From Squalus acanthias (Eukaryota): DNA of 64,000 bases. The notes beneath the pieces are model-generated. The model did not search any database. It saw only the letters and a list, made by a program, of their open reading frames with translations, and had not been told where the DNA came from. Shown in pieces: positions 35,761 through 48,354 of this stretch. Made by a program: the position numbers and the translations under genes. The stretch is from the NCBI GenBank assembly GCA_030390025.1, contig CM059431.1, positions 118,050,001 through 118,114,000 on the forward strand. The letters are read 5' to 3'. The first letter of the stretch is position 1. The number at the start of each line of letters is the position of its first letter.

Positions 35761-36392
35761 TGTTTGCATATATGTAGATGATATCGGCAAGGCATAGCAT
35801 ATAAATCTAAAGGAGGAGACCCATGATGGAGTCCTAGAAACACTTGAGGTGATCGTATGGATAAGATAAATATTGAAGGAGGTATTTCCCTCGATTATCC
35901 CGAGTCACTGCCCATTTTAGGGTGGTTTCAATGCCTCGATTTTAAAATTCTCATCCTTGTTTTCAAATCCCTTGTGAAGTGCCGTGGGATGTTTAACTAT
36001 GTTAAATGCACTATATAAATACAAGTTGTTGCTGTTGTGGTGGATTGAGGCAGTAAGTAGAGGAATATGCATTCTTAAAGGCTGTCACTTTAAATTCACA
36101 CAAAGAAACGGAGCCTGAACTCTGCTTCCAAAAAAATGCCAGTTGTCATTAAGACTGGCCATGAGTGTCAATAAGGCCAAGGGAGTGTGGATAACCTTTC
36201 ATCCCATTCCCCTCCATTTCTGCCCTGACAACCGCCCCCTCCAGTACTTACTGCAACTATATCAGTAGCAGTAAGAGCTGCTGCAAGATAACCTTGATGC
36301 AGAATTCTTATTACGGAGGCTCTTTTGTGTGCTGGTACTGAAGGTTTGTGTCACCTTTTCTGCACAATCATATTTTTAGTACTTTGGTGGTT

Positions 36393-37460
36393 GAATCATA
36401 GAATCATATGGAATCTTAAAGCACATAAGGAGGCCATTCTGCCCATCATGCCTGTGCTGGCTCTATGAAAGAGCTGTCCAATTTAGTCCCGCACCCCAGC
36501 GTTTTCCCCACAATCCTGCAAATTAATCCTCTTCAAGTACATATCCAATTGCCTTTTGAAAGTTCCTCTGGAATCTGCTCTTTCAGAAAGTGCATTCCAG
36601 ATCTTAACAACCCTCTGTATGAAAAAAATTCTAATTTCCCCTCTATTTCTTTTGCCAATTATTTTAAATCTGTGACTTCTGGTTACCGACCCATTTGCCA
36701 GAGGAAACAATTTCTCTCTACTTGCTCTCAAAAAATACCTCATAATTTTGAATACCTCTATTAGGTCTCACTATAACCTTCCCTGCTTTAAGCAGAACAA
36801 TCCCAGCTTCTCCACTCTCTCCACATTACTGAAGTCATGTGTCCTGGTAACATCCTGGTAAACCTCATCTGTACCCTCTGCAAGGCCTTGACCTCCTTCC
36901 TAAAGTGCCGTGCCCAGAATTGTACAAGATACTCCAGCTGAGGCCTAGCCAGTGATTCGTAAAGGTTTAGCATGACTTCCTCGTTTCTGTATTCAATGCC
37001 CCTATTTACAAAGCCAAGTATCCCTTATGCTTTCTTAACCACCTTATCAACTTGCCCTGCTACCTTCAAAGATTTGTGAATATGTACTTCATGATCCTCA
37101 GTTCTTTCACCACCCTCAAAATAGTACCAATTAGATTATATCGCATCTCCATGTTGTTCCTCCCAAACTGCATCATTTCCACTTATCCGCATTAAATTGC
37201 ATCTGACATGTGACTGCCCATTTCACCAGTCTGACTATGTCCTCCTGAAGTCTGCTACTATACTCCTCACTATTTACTATATTGCCAAGTTTTGTGTCAT
37301 GTGCTTACTTCAAAATTGTACATCCTATACCCAATTCCAGGTCATTTATATATAACAAGAAAAGCAATGGTTCTAATACCAACCCCTGGGGGGACACAAC
37401 TGCATACTTCTTTCCAGTCAGAAAAACATCTGTTCACCACTACTCTCTGCTTCCTATCCA
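36393..37460 (-). mobile_element. 5'-truncated CR1 LINE
   Basis: 'RPQLEYLVQFW' and 'TRSHRFKI..FFIQRVVKIWNAL'; (ATTCTATG)n tail near 36393. Confidence 0.88.
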
Positions 37461-38430
37461 TTGGCATGACTAATAAGGATTCTGGGAGAAAATAGTGATG
37501 GACTATCAGTGGTTCACGTTGGCGGGTGTTCAGACCGCCCAGCCAAAACTCGCCACCACGAGGAGAATTCAGACCATTACGTTTTTGTTTTCACATGTAG
37601 GAGTGGAGTAGGAGAGATAAATGCCACAGAGGTGTACTGCAGAAGAGAGATTTTGCAAGAGGATGATCGTCTGTTTTGAAGGTCATGTAGCGGATGAGAA
37701 AGTAACCTTGGTAACTAGTTATTGGACTATTCCTGCAATATATAAAGGAAAGACTTTACTTTATCTCATCTTCATTTGAAAATTGAGAACGATCTTACCG
37801 AAAGAGGGACATTTATATTACACTGCCCACTTCCTTTGACAAATTAAATGTTGAACTACAGGAAAAAAACTATCAAAACTGGAAATCCTCTTTCAGATTC
37901 CAACTGGCCTGTTGTCCACTTGCCGCATTTTCTGTTTCATTTTAGTTTTGTAACTAGTTTGGGCTGTCCTTTCGAAAGGATTTTTTTGGGACTCACAACC
38001 ATGCATTGTTTTTGCAGCAGCAATCTCTTTAGTAATCTGGAACTTTTTTCATTGAAAGTGATTGTGTTTGAATAAAATTATATTCTCAGTTACCTAAATT
38101 ACAATTATGCATTATATTGAAGTAAAAGATTTTCAATAGCAGTGGTAAAAATGGTAATGTTATAATTTGTGGTACTTTTCATATACATCTTATACATATG
38201 AATTACCCTGTTTTATTTTCCTCTCTTAATCTAGAATGGGAGACCTGAAAAATTGAAATTTAGGAACTGCATTCTGTGATCAAAGGAAGCCATAATTTTC
38301 AATTTGGCCACCCAGGGAGCTATCTTCTATTATTTGGAGTGGTATGTATGTGGGTTTTTTTGCAGGCGGTTACGATTTTGCTGCAAATAGGAGAAGGTCT
38401 CTGAAAAGTAATCAGTGCGACAGTTTTAAT

Positions 38431-39868
38431 GGGCCATATTTTGTGACCCCTACTGGTGCGTACGAGGTGTGTATGCGCCCGTAGGGGCTGCGCAAGTTCA
38501 GGATTTAGGCCAGCGAAGTGCATGCGCGAAAACCCAGAACTTGCGATCTGTCAAGAATCCTCTTGACAGATCCTCCACATCCCCGGGAGATGGGCCTCTG
38601 CGGGTGGAGAGTTGCGCTATTTGCACAACTTCCACCCGCTGAATGCCTGTCAAATTCTTACGCCTGGTAAAAGCAGGCATAAGGCCTGCTTTTACCAGCA
38701 TAAGAGTTTTAAAAAATAGAAAAATAACATTTTAGCACTCATTTATAAATTAAAAATACTCTTCAATAAGGTAAGTTTATTTTTAGCCTCGTAAAAACAT
38801 ACAGGCCCAGAAATTCCGTTCGCAGGCCTCCCGCGGGCGGAGGGCTGCGATTTGGAAAAATCTCCGCTTGGACCGGAGGGCTCCCGGGAGGCGCAGAGTT
38901 CCATTGCTAGGCCTCTTCAAACTGCCGGTGTGCAGGGCCCACGTATCCCAGAGGCGCAGGCAGTTCGCAGCGTCCCTGGGATCACGTGGGCCATGGGGAG
39001 CCAATCACAGCAGGGAATCTCCATTCATTGATTTGACAGGAAGACCTGTCAAATCTATGAATAGAGATCACCCCCAGAACACAGTAAAACTTCAAAACCT
39101 TTTTTTAAAAATCACATTTTTAAAATGACTATAAATTACATAAATTAACTATTTTAAACAAAAATTTAAATTTTTGAAAAGAGTAATTAAAGTTTTTAAC
39201 AGGGCTAAAAGTAAACTTACGTTTCTTTAAAGTATTTTAGCGCAAGAATTGTAAGTGGTTTCTGCGGGCGGAGGGTCTCAAAAAAACAGAACTACCACCC
39301 GCAGAGGACCTGCTCCAGCGCAGGCGTCCAATCTGTCAAAAGCTTTCTTGACAGATCGGAAATGCTGGTTTCCAGCGCATGCGCAGTGCATGCCTAAAAC
39401 CGGCATTTCCGTTGGCCCAATGGGTGAGTACACAGCGCGTACACACCCGTCGGGAATGGAATTTCTGCCTCATAATTTTTTTCAAAAAATTACATTTTTG
39501 TATAAAATATTTAATTAAATGGCATTTTAATTCATTTTAAATATGTAATTTAAAAAAAAACTATTTCATGTGTTGGTGTATTTTTTAAGTGATCTCCATT
39601 CATATTTATTGGAGTTCCGTACGTACGGAACTCCAATAAGTATGAATGGGGATTCCCTTCTTTTATTGGTTGGGCCGGGCCACATGATCCCAGGGGCGCC
39701 TACGAACCGCCTGCGTCCCTGGGATACGGGGACCTCTGCCTGCGCGGACCCAGAGAGGCCCAGGATCGCAAGCCCCCGTATCTCCCGGGCCACCAGGTAT
39801 ATTCGTAGAATTTTTGCAGGTCGAAGGCATCCGCCCCGCGGGACGCCTCCGTTCGCAAATGTAGGCCC
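38431..39868. mobile_element. Harbinger-type MITE containing a nested related MITE
   Basis: Termini GGGCCATATTTTG / GCAAATGTAGGCCC with a 3-bp AAT duplication (38428-38430, 39869-39871). Confidence 0.7.
38802..39471. mobile_element. Nested Harbinger-type MITE in inverted orientation
   Basis: Termini AGGCCCAGAAATTCC / GGAATTTCTGCCT, possible ATA duplication. Internal blocks are reverse complements of host-MITE blocks (e.g. ATCTGTCAA..TTGACAGATC). Confidence 0.65.
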
Positions 39869-39929
39869 AATATCTTTTTGATATCATATTTAGAACTAGG
39901 CAGCAGCAACACTATGTTAAACAAAGAGT

Positions 39930-41290
39930 TAGCGTAAGTGATTGGAGAAGTGCTGGAAGTGGTTTTTACCCCAGGGGTCAGTGCTGGCTTCATTTTTGTT
40001 CTCAGTATATACTGATGATTTGCACTTGGGCATAAGGAGCATAATTTTGAAATTTGCCGACAGCACAAAAATAGAGGAGCTGGCAAACAGCAAGGAGGAC
40101 TGTAAAATACTTCAAAAAGATGTGGACAGGTCAACAGAACAGGCAGACAAGTTGCAGGTGCAATTTAAGTTGGGAGGAAAAACAATGAAGGGTGCGGATG
40201 AACAGCAAGACCTAAGAATTCAAATTCAAATACATGATTCCTTGAAAGTGTAAGTGTAGGTAAATAAAGAAAGACTTGCATTTATATAGCGCCTTTCACG
40301 ACCACTGAACGTTTCAAAGCATTTTACAGACAATGAAGTACTTGTGGAGTGTAGTCACTGTTGTAATGTGGGAAACACGGCAGCCAATTTGCACACAGCA
40401 AGCTCCCACAAACAGCAATGTGATAATGACCAGATAATCTGTTTTTGTTATGTTGATTGAAGATAAATATTGGCCAGGACACCGGGGATAACTCCCCTGC
40501 TCTTCTTCGAAATAGTGCCATGGGATCTTTTACGTCCACCTGCGAGATCAGATGGGGCTTCGGTTTAGCGTCTCATCTGAAAGACGGCACCTCCAACAAT
40601 GCAGCACTCCCTCAGCACTGCACTTGAGTGTCAGCCTAGATTTATGTGCTCAAGTCTCTGGAGTGGGACCCACAACCTTCTGACTCAGAGGTGAGTGTGC
40701 TACCCACTAAGCCACAGCTGCCACTAAATAAAGCCATAAGCAGGGCCAAGGGCATTTGGGCTTTCTAAATAAGGGCATAGAGTATAAGGAGAAACAGATT
40801 GTAATAAATTTGAAAAGACATTGGTTAGACCACTATCAGAGCACTGTCTGCAGTTTTGGGTGCCTCATTAAAGAAAGGGCATTAAAGCCATAAAGATTAC
40901 AGTGTAGATTGACAAGGATGATGTCAGGGATTGGAAACCATCATTATGAGGAGAGACTTCAGATACTGGGACGATTTCCACTGGAGTAAAGAAGGCTAAG
41001 AGGAGATAAAATAAAGGGTTTGACAGTGATAGGGAAAGATTATTGCCTCTGGTCAGCGAGTCGGTGACAAGGGGTCATAATTTAAAATTGTCACCAAAAG
41101 AGCTAGGAGAAAATTCTTTACACAGAGGGTCTTTGGAGCATGAAATTCCTATTGCATCTTTCAAGAGAAAATGAGATAAATATTTGAACCAGAGGAAGAT
41201 ACAGGGCTGTGGGAGGAGTGCGGGCAGTAGAATTAGTTTTGGATTGCTCTAGCAAAGAACTGGCACATGTCTTCTGCTCTGTACTGCTTA
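39930..41290 (+). mobile_element. Degenerate CR1 RT/3' region interrupted by a SINE
   Basis: 'PQGSVL...DDL...KFADSTKI' at 39960-40250, resuming at ~40725. Confidence 0.75.
40262..40725 (-). mobile_element. Near full-length tRNA-headed Deu-domain SINE (SacSINE1-like)
   Basis: Reverse complement reads TGGCTTAGTGGGTAGCACACTCACCTCTGAGTCAGAAGGTTGTGGGTCCCACTCCAGAG...AGGCGCTATATAAATGCAAGTCTTTC. Confidence 0.88.
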
Positions 41291-43925
41291 ATGCTACATC
41301 AAATAGTGCCTTTATCTAATAGAACATTTTGGGGAACTGGGCACCTGATTTATTAATATACTCTGTTCCTTGCCCTGACTGTCTAAAAACAGAGACCAAA
41401 GGGATCTGCCAAAGGGAAAATGGGTATCGTGTCAGTGCTTTCTAATATGCATGTTCTGTACAGACTTATACAGGAAAAGAACATTTTATGGATTTAAAAT
41501 GCTAGTAAGAATATAAATTATTGAGCATTGTCTTGTATGCATTGAACTGTTGTGTGACAGTCCTTGGGAAAAGAATTGATGGCTGTTTCATGGGTGAAAG
41601 ATTATTTTTAAACTGTAGCCAGCTTGGTTCCTATAGTAACACCTTCTGTGATGGAGAAATAATAAAAGGGGTTCAGCAGTAAAGAAAAAGCTATCAGCAA
41701 CTGAGTCAAAAAATATAATTCCAATTAAAAATTGTTTTTGACTTTTATTATAGAAACAGTGTTTGGAAAGTCCAAATCTACATAACAATTTATCTTGTCA
41801 GCCTCATTCTCTTTACATGTGTCCTTCAGAATCTCTGCACAGAATGAGGGGAGATTACTTACTATTTTGCTGTGTCCTATGAAGCCTAAGAAAATGCTAA
41901 CAGGCATTACAAATGACAGTGTTTGTATCCATCTAAGAAATACTTGAATTCTATCAGCAGATTTTTGATTACTGTCTTTTTTTCTATTTGATATACATTC
42001 TGCGGTATTCGGGATGACACATTGTATAGATCAACAAGTCAGTTAGTGTCCATTTGTCTGTAATGTCATCTCTGAGTCATACCTCTCAAGTGTTACACAT
42101 TGTTTGGAGCACTCCACATTCCTGGTGAACATTTGGGTTGTCTACCCTCAACCTCTTGTACACTGATTACTCCACATCTTCTCCATTTTTTTTTTAAATG
42201 TTGCATCTTTAAGAGATGAAGGCAGAGATTATACTGCACATCTGGTCTGACACAGGTAGCTTAGAAAGTCATTGGCAGCTGGTAGTAAAGGAATTACACT
42301 GCAGGCTGCCTGGGGCTGCAAATCCTGCCCCTCCACCATGGGAAAGTCCAGAGCGTTACTCAGAGCTCAGTTCCCAGGCTGAAATGTTTTGAGATGGCAG
42401 GAACACTTTCTATTAATGAAACAAAAATAAAAGCATTGCTTCAGTTTATGAAGTTCTCAGGTGGTTCAACAGTGACCCTTTGAGCATTTTGTACACCTGG
42501 ATTGACACCGCACTGGGATCTGTGACTGACGTGAAATGAGGGCAAATAGAACCGTGACATTTTTGATGGAAAGGAGCTTGTGCACATATCTTTCATTACA
42601 TTTTATTATTCAAATTGTTTAAAAAGGTTTTGCTGAAGTGTCTGTAACAATAGAACACTTATCTTTTGCCTGCAATGGATGCATTTTATTTCAGAGTATT
42701 CATAAGCAACATAATAATTATTGCTGATTTGGATCCTCAGGAGAAATGGAAGAGCTGTTCTATATTTCTTTCCCCCATTACACTCAATAAGCTTTCAATT
42801 TCGGCAGCAGGAACTTCCCATCAGAAGAACAGGTAAAAGAAATTGCTGAGTCCTTGAATTATTCTGTTGACAAAGCCATTATATGGATCAATGAGTGGGT
42901 TAAGCCTATATGTCTGCAATACTGACGCTAAACTAGAGGCGCTTTAGTTCTTCCCGAGCTTAAAACTCTCTATCCTGGTCAGTTGAGAATTTACAGAACT
43001 CATTCCGTGAGAAGTATTTAGCCAAGAGAAAATGCAATGCCTTTATATCATCACTGCCATCAACTGTTCTGCCATCTGATTAGTCACTAAATACAGATAT
43101 TAAATGTTGCACAATGGATATCATTTAAACTTCATTACCTGTAACTCAGAATGCAGTTCTCAAGAGTGTCTACCTTTTCTGGACTTGGTGTACAAGGCTC
43201 CAATTACCTGTTTCAGCCTGAAACAAGGGGAACGATCTGAGATTGATAAATGTTTGTTAGGCAAAGGTATTAAGGGTTATGGAACCAAGACGGGTAGATG
43301 GAGATAAGATACAGATTAACCATGATCTAATTGAATTGTGCAGCAGGTTCGAGGGGCTGAATGGCCATTTCCTATTCCTTTGTTCCTAACTTGCTTCTCC
43401 TGATTTTTTGGCAGTGCCCTGGTTTAAGCCATTGTTTTTCAGGATGGCTTGGTAAGGACTTAGTAGGCAGCTAGCATTTCTAAAGTCATCCAGGTTCTCT
43501 AATCCACAACTTTTCTAGTTGTTGACTTTCCTTTTCATAGCGATACAAGCACTTCCCTGAGTGCACTGTCAAACTGTTTTGAAGAGTTCACCTCTGTATC
43601 TGCTCACAGCCAAAGCTTGTCTTCAGAGAATGCAAAAGCAAACACCTATTTGATTTCTGTACTGCAGTTTACAGCTGCCACTACGAAATGCTGTTCATTG
43701 TTAATCTTCTGGCACCCTTTCACAACTCTTGTTCATGTCATACAGAACTTTCCAGGAGAGAGCAGACCTTTAGCCCCCTTTAACACTGCAACTAGCTCAA
43801 AACCATTTTCTTTCTCCTTATTAAATCCCTTGGAGGCTGCACTTTGCTCCAGTCCCCTCCATACATATAGCAGAAAGACTAAGCTAAAGAATGAAGATTA
43901 TCTTAATAGCCAGAACAAGAAGTTC

Positions 43926-44572
43926 TTGTCTTCCTTTTTCCTCAACCGAGGATTCCCTTCCACCATGGTTGACAGGACCCTCGATCGTGTCTGTTCCATT
44001 TCCTGTACTTCTGCTCTCACCCCTTCCCCTCCCTCCCAGAACCACGATAGGGTTCCCCTTGTCCTCACCTTCCACCCCACTATCCCCTCCCCTTTCAGCA
44101 TTCCGAAGGGACCATTCCCTCCGTGACACCCTGGTCCACTCCTCAATCACCCCCAACATCCCCTCCCCATCCCACGGCACTTCCCTGTGCAAGCGCAGGA
44201 GATGCAACACCTGCCCTTTTACCTCCTCCCTTCCCACCATCCAGAGCCCCAAACACTCCTTCCAGGTGAAACAGAGATTTACTTGTTATTCATTTTAGTA
44301 TACTGTATTCGCTGCTCACGATGTGGTCTCCTCTAAATTGGATAGACCAAACACAGATTGGGTGACTGCTTTGCGGAACACCTCCATTCAGTGACCCCGA
44401 GCTTCCGGTTGCCTGTCACTTTAATTCTTCACTCCAGTCCCACTCTGGCCTCTCTGTCCTCGGCCTCCTACACTGTTCCAATGAAGCTCAATGTAAGCTC
44501 GAGGAACAGCACCTCATCTTTCGATTAGGCACTTTACAGCCTTCCAGACTCAACATTGAGTTCAACAATTTC
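43926..44572 (+). mobile_element. Internal Penelope-like fragment (RT end to GIY-YIG), no hammerhead tail
   Basis: SSFFLNRGFPST..., CKRRRCNTC and CAACATTGAGTTCAACAATTTC match the array ORF; contains deletions. Confidence 0.88.
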
Positions 44573-45240
44573 GGCTGCCTCTTTTTGCAACACCAGTGGG
44601 TTGGACCAGATTGTTGATTGGTCAACTTGGAGGACAAGGCACACCCAACAGTTTGTCTGCAATATGACTCTTGATCCAGTCTTACTAGTGAGCCTACAGA
44701 AAGTGGTAGAATAGTTAGCTTTGCAAAGATCCTCTGTTAACTAATATTCTGAATTTGCAATTATAGTTGCACTTGGCTAGTAAAATAAAAGACTTTATAC
44801 TCTAATTTGTGGGTTAGTTAATTCTTTGCAGTTTTATGTCTTTTTTTTCCTTTGGAAATATTCAGTTTAATGATTAAGATTTATCAGTAACACCATTATT
44901 TAAAAGTTGAATTTGGAATAAGTACAATACACCTATTCATAACAGTAGTGAAATCTAACCATATTTAGTGTAGTTGGTACATATCAACAATGTTGCATCT
45001 TAGATATAATTAAATTTAATTATAATACTACCAAATGGTCAAATTTTAGGGAAATGTGTAATGAGTAATATGATAATCTATAGAGGTTCATCAAGCAGTT
45101 GAAGAACTCACTCATTATTTTCTAATCAAATAATCCTTATCCTTTTATTTAAACTTCATAAACTGTTCCACTGCTCTACATTTTTGCCATTTGTTTGTTG
45201 CGGGTTATATTAGTATTGTCAAGCTAAAAATAAAACACTC

Positions 45241-45477
45241 CAGGCAGGCAGCAAGGCTCCAGGCTCCACAGGCAGCAAGGCTCCAGACTCCACAGGCAGC
45301 AAGGCTCCAGGCTCCACAGGCAGCAAGGCTCCAGGCTCCAGGCTCCACAGGCAGCAAGGCTCCAGACTCCACAGGCAGCAAGGCTCCAGGCTCCACAGGC
45401 TCCACAGGCAGCAAGGCTCCAGGCTCCACAGGCAGCAAGGCTCCAGGCTCCACAGGCAGCAAGGCTCCAGGCTCCAC
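45241..45477. repeat. Minisatellite with ~24-bp unit CAGGCAGCAAGGCTCCAGGCTCCA
   Basis: About 9 copies with variable internal (GGCTCCA) sub-repeats, followed by a CA-rich low-complexity tract. Confidence 0.9.
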
Positions 45478-45649
45478 CTTGGTCCTCAGAATCTCACCAC
45501 AATCAACCCCAACACCAGCAGCACCAGGCACACCAGCAGCACCAACAACAACACCAACCTTCTCCGCAATCAGCTGGTGCTGCACAGGACACAGGGCATC
45601 AGCACTCGACCACATTGCTGCCCGGGATGCCAGGGATGGCCTCACCCTT

Positions 45650-46445
45650 TAGTGGAAAGTTTTAAGGAGCGCCTTAAAAGAGGAAAGAGAGGAGAAATAA
45701 AGAGGGAGAGAGGTTTAGGGAGGGAATTGCAGAGCTTAGGGCCTAGGCAGCTGAAGGCACAGCCGCCAGGAAATCGGCGATGTACAAGGGGCCAGAATTG
45801 GAGGAACGCAAAGTTGTTCTCGGAGGGTTGTAGGGCTAGAGGATGTTATAGAGATAGAGACTCCATGGAGGGATTTGAACACAAGGATGCAAATTTTAAA
45901 TTTGAGGTGTTGCTGGACCGGGAGCCAATGTAGGTCAGCGAGCACAGGGGTGATGGGTGAAAGGGACTTGGTGTGAGTTAGGATATGGGCAGCAGAGTTT
46001 TGGATGAGCTGAAGTTTACGGAGAGTGGAAGATGGGAGGCCGGCCAAGAGAGCATTGGAATAGTCGAGTCTGGAGGTAACAAATGCGTGGATGAGGGTTT
46101 CAGCAGTAGATGGGCTGAGGCAGCGACGGAGATGGGCGATATTACGGAGGTGGAAGTAGGCGGTCCTGGTGATGAAGAGGTTATGGGATCAGAAGCTCAT
46201 CTTGGAATCAAATAGGATGCCGAGGTTGCAAACAGTCTAGATCAGCCTCAGACAGTGGCCAGGGAGTGGGATGGAATTGATGGGTAAGGAAGGGAGATTG
46301 TGGTGGGGGCCAAAGACAATGGCTTTCATCTTCCCAATATTTAATTGGAGGAAATTTCTGCTCCTCCAATACTGGATGTCGGATAAGCAGCGCGACAAAT
46401 CAGATACAGTAGAGGCGTCGAGAGAGGTGGTGGTGAGGTGAGCTA
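45650..46445 (-). mobile_element. L2 LINE RT C-terminal fragment
   Basis: '[44 protein letters not shown]' and 'LSRCLSDIQYW..NFLQLNIGK'. Confidence 0.85.
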
Positions 46446-46718
46446 AGAGGCTGGAGAGAGGGATCGGAGACCGGGTCGGGCGGAGCAGTGGCAATCAATG
46501 AGGGGAGTATTGAACCGTGTTCTTTTAATGTGGGGTTAGGAGGAGCATTCCTGCTCCATATTCAGGTAACTAAATGTGCCGGCTGTCTCAAGGCAAACTA
46601 ATCTTGCAGTGAAGGCCTAAATAAGTACAAACATAGGTTTGTCTCTAAATATTATTGATGCTTTTGTTTTTATATGTAATATAGTACATGAGTACCTAAG
46701 TACATGTAGTACATTATG

Positions 46719-48229
46719 GGAAATAACAACAGAAAACGCTGGAAAAACTCAGCAGGCCAGGCAGCATCCGTGGAGAGAGAAACAGAATTAACGTTTCAGG
46801 TCGAAGACCTTTCGTCAGAACTGGAAAAAAGCAGGAAATGGAATAGATTTTAAAGCAAGTTTAGGGACTGGGAAAAGGGGGAGGGGATGAAAGAACAAAA
46901 GGGAAGGTCAGTGATAGGATAGAAAGCAGGAGAGATTAAGAGACATTGAGAGACATTGAGAGACATTAAGAGATATTCAAGACAAGAGGAGGTGGTAATG
47001 GGACAGGTTAAGGAACAAAGGATGGCTCTCGATGAAGTGTGAATTGCGCTGGCAGAATGAAGGACAGCTGCCATGTGGGAGGGAAGATAAAAGGCCAAAC
47101 AAAAAGTGATAGGGGCCGAGGTTATGATCTGAAATTGTTGAACTCTATGTTGAGTCCAGAGGGCTGAAGAGTGCCTAATCGAAAGATGAGGTGCTGTTCC
47201 TCGAGCTTACGCTGAGCTTCCGTGGAACAATGCAAGAGGCCGAGGACAGTGAGGTCAGAGTGGGAATGGAGCGGTGAATTAAAGTGACAGGCCACCGGGA
47301 GCTCGGGGTCCCCCTTACGGACTGAACGGAGGTGTTCCGCAAAGCGGTCACCCAATCTACGTTTGGTCTCTCCAATGTAGAGGAGACCACATCGTGAGCA
47401 GCAAATACAGTATACTAAATTGCAAGAAGTACAAGTAAACCGCTGTTTCACCTGGAAGAGGTGTTTGGGGCCCTGGGCAGTGGGAAGGGGGGAGGTATAA
47501 GGGCATGTGTTGCATCTCCTGCGCTTGCACGGGAAGGTGCTGGGCGAAGGGGAAGGGGTGCTGGGGGTGGTAGAGGAGTGGATAAGGGTGTCGCGGAGGG
47601 AGCAGTCCCTACGGAATGCTGAAAGGGGAGGTGAGGGGAAGATGCGTTTGGTGGTGGGATCACGCTGGAGGTGGTGGAAATGGCAGAGGATGATCCGTTG
47701 AATGTGGAGGATGGTGAGGTGAAAGGTGAGGACAAGGGGAACTCTATCGTGGTTCCGGGAGGGAGGGGCAAGGGTGAGGGCAGAAGTGCGGGAGATAGAA
47801 CGGACACGGTCGAGGGCCGTGTCAACCACAGTAGAGGGGAATCCTCAGTTGAGGAAAAAGGAAGACATGTCAGAAGCAGTGGTATGGAAGGTGGCATCGT
47901 CAGAGCAGATGCGGCGGAGACGGAGAAACTGGGAGAATGGAATAGAGTCCTTACAAGAGGCGGGGTGGGAGGAAGCGTAGACCAGGTAGCTGTGGGAGTC
48001 AGTGGGCTTGTAATGAATGTTTGTCAATAATCTATCCCTAGAGATGGAGACGGAGAAGTCGAGGAAGGGAAGGGAAGAGTCGGAGATGGACCATGTGAAG
48101 GTGAGGGAAGGGTGGAAATTGGAAGCAATGTGAATGAAATTTTCTAGTTCAGGTTGAGAGGCAGGAGACGGCACCGATACAGTCATCAATGTATCGGAAA
48201 AAGAGGTGAGGGAGGGGACCCGAGTAGAC
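46719..48229 (-). mobile_element. 5'-truncated Penelope-like element with hammerhead tail
   Basis: ORF 47122-47829 encodes the GIY-YIG. Hammerhead at 46786-46822. 12-bp TSD TAGTACATTATG (46707-46718, 48230-48241). Confidence 0.95.
46786..46822 (-). ncRNA. Hammerhead ribozyme motif
   Basis: Reverse complement: AGTT-CTGACGA-A-AGGTC(TTC)GACCT-GAAACGTT-AATT. Confidence 0.8.
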
Positions 48230-48354
48230 TAGTACATTATGAGCTATGCGCCAGGACTCCTATTAAGACCAGAGAAGAGATTACAATCTTTCAATATTTC
48301 TAGGTGCGTGGATCCAACTAAACATCTTAATATCTGTCTCCTGACTAGTTTGAC

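Noticed and set aside
45191..45652. 153-aa and 146-aa repetitive ORFs
   Set aside because: Translation of a minisatellite; no recognisable domain or splice context.
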